Below, one piece after another: positions 63,009 through 64,000 of a DNA stretch of 64,000 bases (within the stretch, counting starts at the first letter, position 1; each line of letters begins with the position of its first letter). The stretch is taken from positions 15,717 to 79,716 of the forward strand of contig JAHHIK010000025.1 in assembly GCA_019358935.1 (NCBI GenBank). Reading direction: 5' to 3'. Origin of the DNA: Tolypothrix carrinoi HA7290-LM1 (GTDB taxonomy: Bacteria; Cyanobacteriota; Cyanobacteriia; Cyanobacteriales; Nostocaceae). The position numbers and the translations under genes are program-made. The notes under the pieces were generated by a model. It saw nothing but the letters and a program-made list of their open reading frames with translations. It ran no database searches and was not told the DNA's origin.

Positions 63009-63701
63009 ATGAAAATCATGAGTAAATTTGATAAAAACCAGGTATCAGAATTTTGCCTTGAAGGACGATTTCTCGATTTTGCAATCAAAGATGGCTATAA
63101 GCTCAAAGGCTTGTTGCTGGCAACTGCTGAGGGTGAATGTTATGTAAAATTAGCTAAAGATTTAAGGGCTGCTTTTAACTTGCAGTTACCAAAAGGCACT
63201 TGGCTGCAAGTCGTGGGTGAGAAAACTTTAGATTTGAAAACCGGCGAAGTTAAGTTAAAAGCCTCGCGGGTGATGGCTGCGGGGGGAGATGGGGGACAGG
63301 GGGGACAAGGGGGACAAGGGGGACGACTTGGGGACAAGGGAGACAGGGGGGAAGGTGTTGGTGTGTCTTCTTTGGCTGAGAGTAAAGGAAAAAGTGCGAA
63401 AGCTACTATATTAGTGTGTCAAAAGTCGGATTGTATGAAACGCGGTGGTGATGGAGTTTGTCGAGCGTTGGAATCAGCTTTAAGCGATCGCTCTTTATCA
63501 AACGAAGTTACCATCAAAGGCACTGGCTGCATGAAAAATTGTAAAGCAGGTCCAAATTTAGTTATGCCAGATAAAACTCGTTACAGTCGCATTCAAGAAA
63601 AGCAAGTTCCCGCACTTATCGACAAGCATTTTGCTGACAAGATTGTAGAAAAGTCAGAGAATCATAGGAAAATTGTCATATCCACAGTCAGCGATCGCTA
63701 A
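63009..63701 (+). CDS. Thioredoxin-like (2Fe-2S) ferredoxin domain protein
   Basis: VCQKSDC..G; TGCMKNCKAGPN; N-terminal LEGRFL..KLK; in-frame STRR in the linker. Confidence 0.85.
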   Translation: MKIMSKFDKNQVSEFCLEGRFLDFAIKDGYKLKGLLLATAEGECYVKLAKDLRAAFNLQLPKGTWLQVVGEKTLDLKTGEVKLKASRVMAAGGDGGQGGQGGQGGRLGDKGDRGEGVGVSSLAESKGKSAKATILVCQKSDCMKRGGDGVCRALESALSDRSLSNEVTIKGTGCMKNCKAGPNLVMPDKTRYSRIQEKQVPALIDKHFADKIVEKSENHRKIVISTVSDR

Positions 63702-63890
63702 CAATGCTTGTTTAATTTGCTGCCTATCAATTTATAATCGGGCAATTAATCGTGTAAAGTATGGGACGATTCAAAGATGCGTCTCTAAAAAGAAACACCC
63801 AACCGGTGTTTGAGGATGGGTTGGGTGTTTAGTGCTTAACTTGATGTATTGACTCTACGGTATCAATATAAAAAATTTTTACAAAAAGGT

Positions 63891-64000
63891 AGGTTGAAAG
63901 CCCCGCGCATTCATGCCGGGGATGAAAACCACGTCGTGGGGTTTACCCCACAGTGGTGCTTTTTGTGCTATTATTACGCTATAGAGTTGAGCGTAAAGAT
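63891..64000 (+). mobile_element. Probable left end of an IS200/IS605-type element continuing past the window
   Basis: ggttgaaagccccg-cgcattcatgc-cggggatgaaaacc hairpin, second hairpin gtggggtttaccccac, TG-CTATTA promoter-like motif. Confidence 0.5.

Noticed and set aside
63891..63900. GGTTGAAAG resembling the 3' end of a type V-K CRISPR repeat
   Set aside because: Single occurrence that forms part of an IS-like hairpin; the following bases do not match the tRNA target.

Overview
Chromosomal window of a filamentous Nostocales-type cyanobacterium, judged from dense HIP1 GCGATCGC sites, heptamer STRR tracts and the gene set. The core backbone runs crr7-like, sasA, nblB, rpaB, radA, rimP-nusA-ylxR-infB, tRNA-Thr(CGT), mutT, a group 2 sigma factor, carB and dpsA. 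Accessory signalling and surface genes are interspersed: four Ser/Thr kinases, a repeat-rich SPFH protein, an orphan binding protein with a heme-HAMP sensor, and PEP-CTERM, SLH and hemagglutinin proteins. The strongest unannotated structure is a 2.6-kb non-autonomous Tn7-like element of the type V-K CAST class (48282-50881). It has TGTACA termini, TnsB-site arrays and a CATAT 5-bp target duplication, and it sits just downstream of tRNA-Thr. Its left terminus is split by a tnpB-only IS200/IS605 element, which in turn carries an in-frame small dispersed repeat, giving three nested layers of mobile DNA. A collapsed second copy of the radA-kinase locus with mostly synonymous divergence (32209-33098), an extended NusA and several MITE/REP families are also visible. 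Product calls come from motif recognition only; no searches were run.
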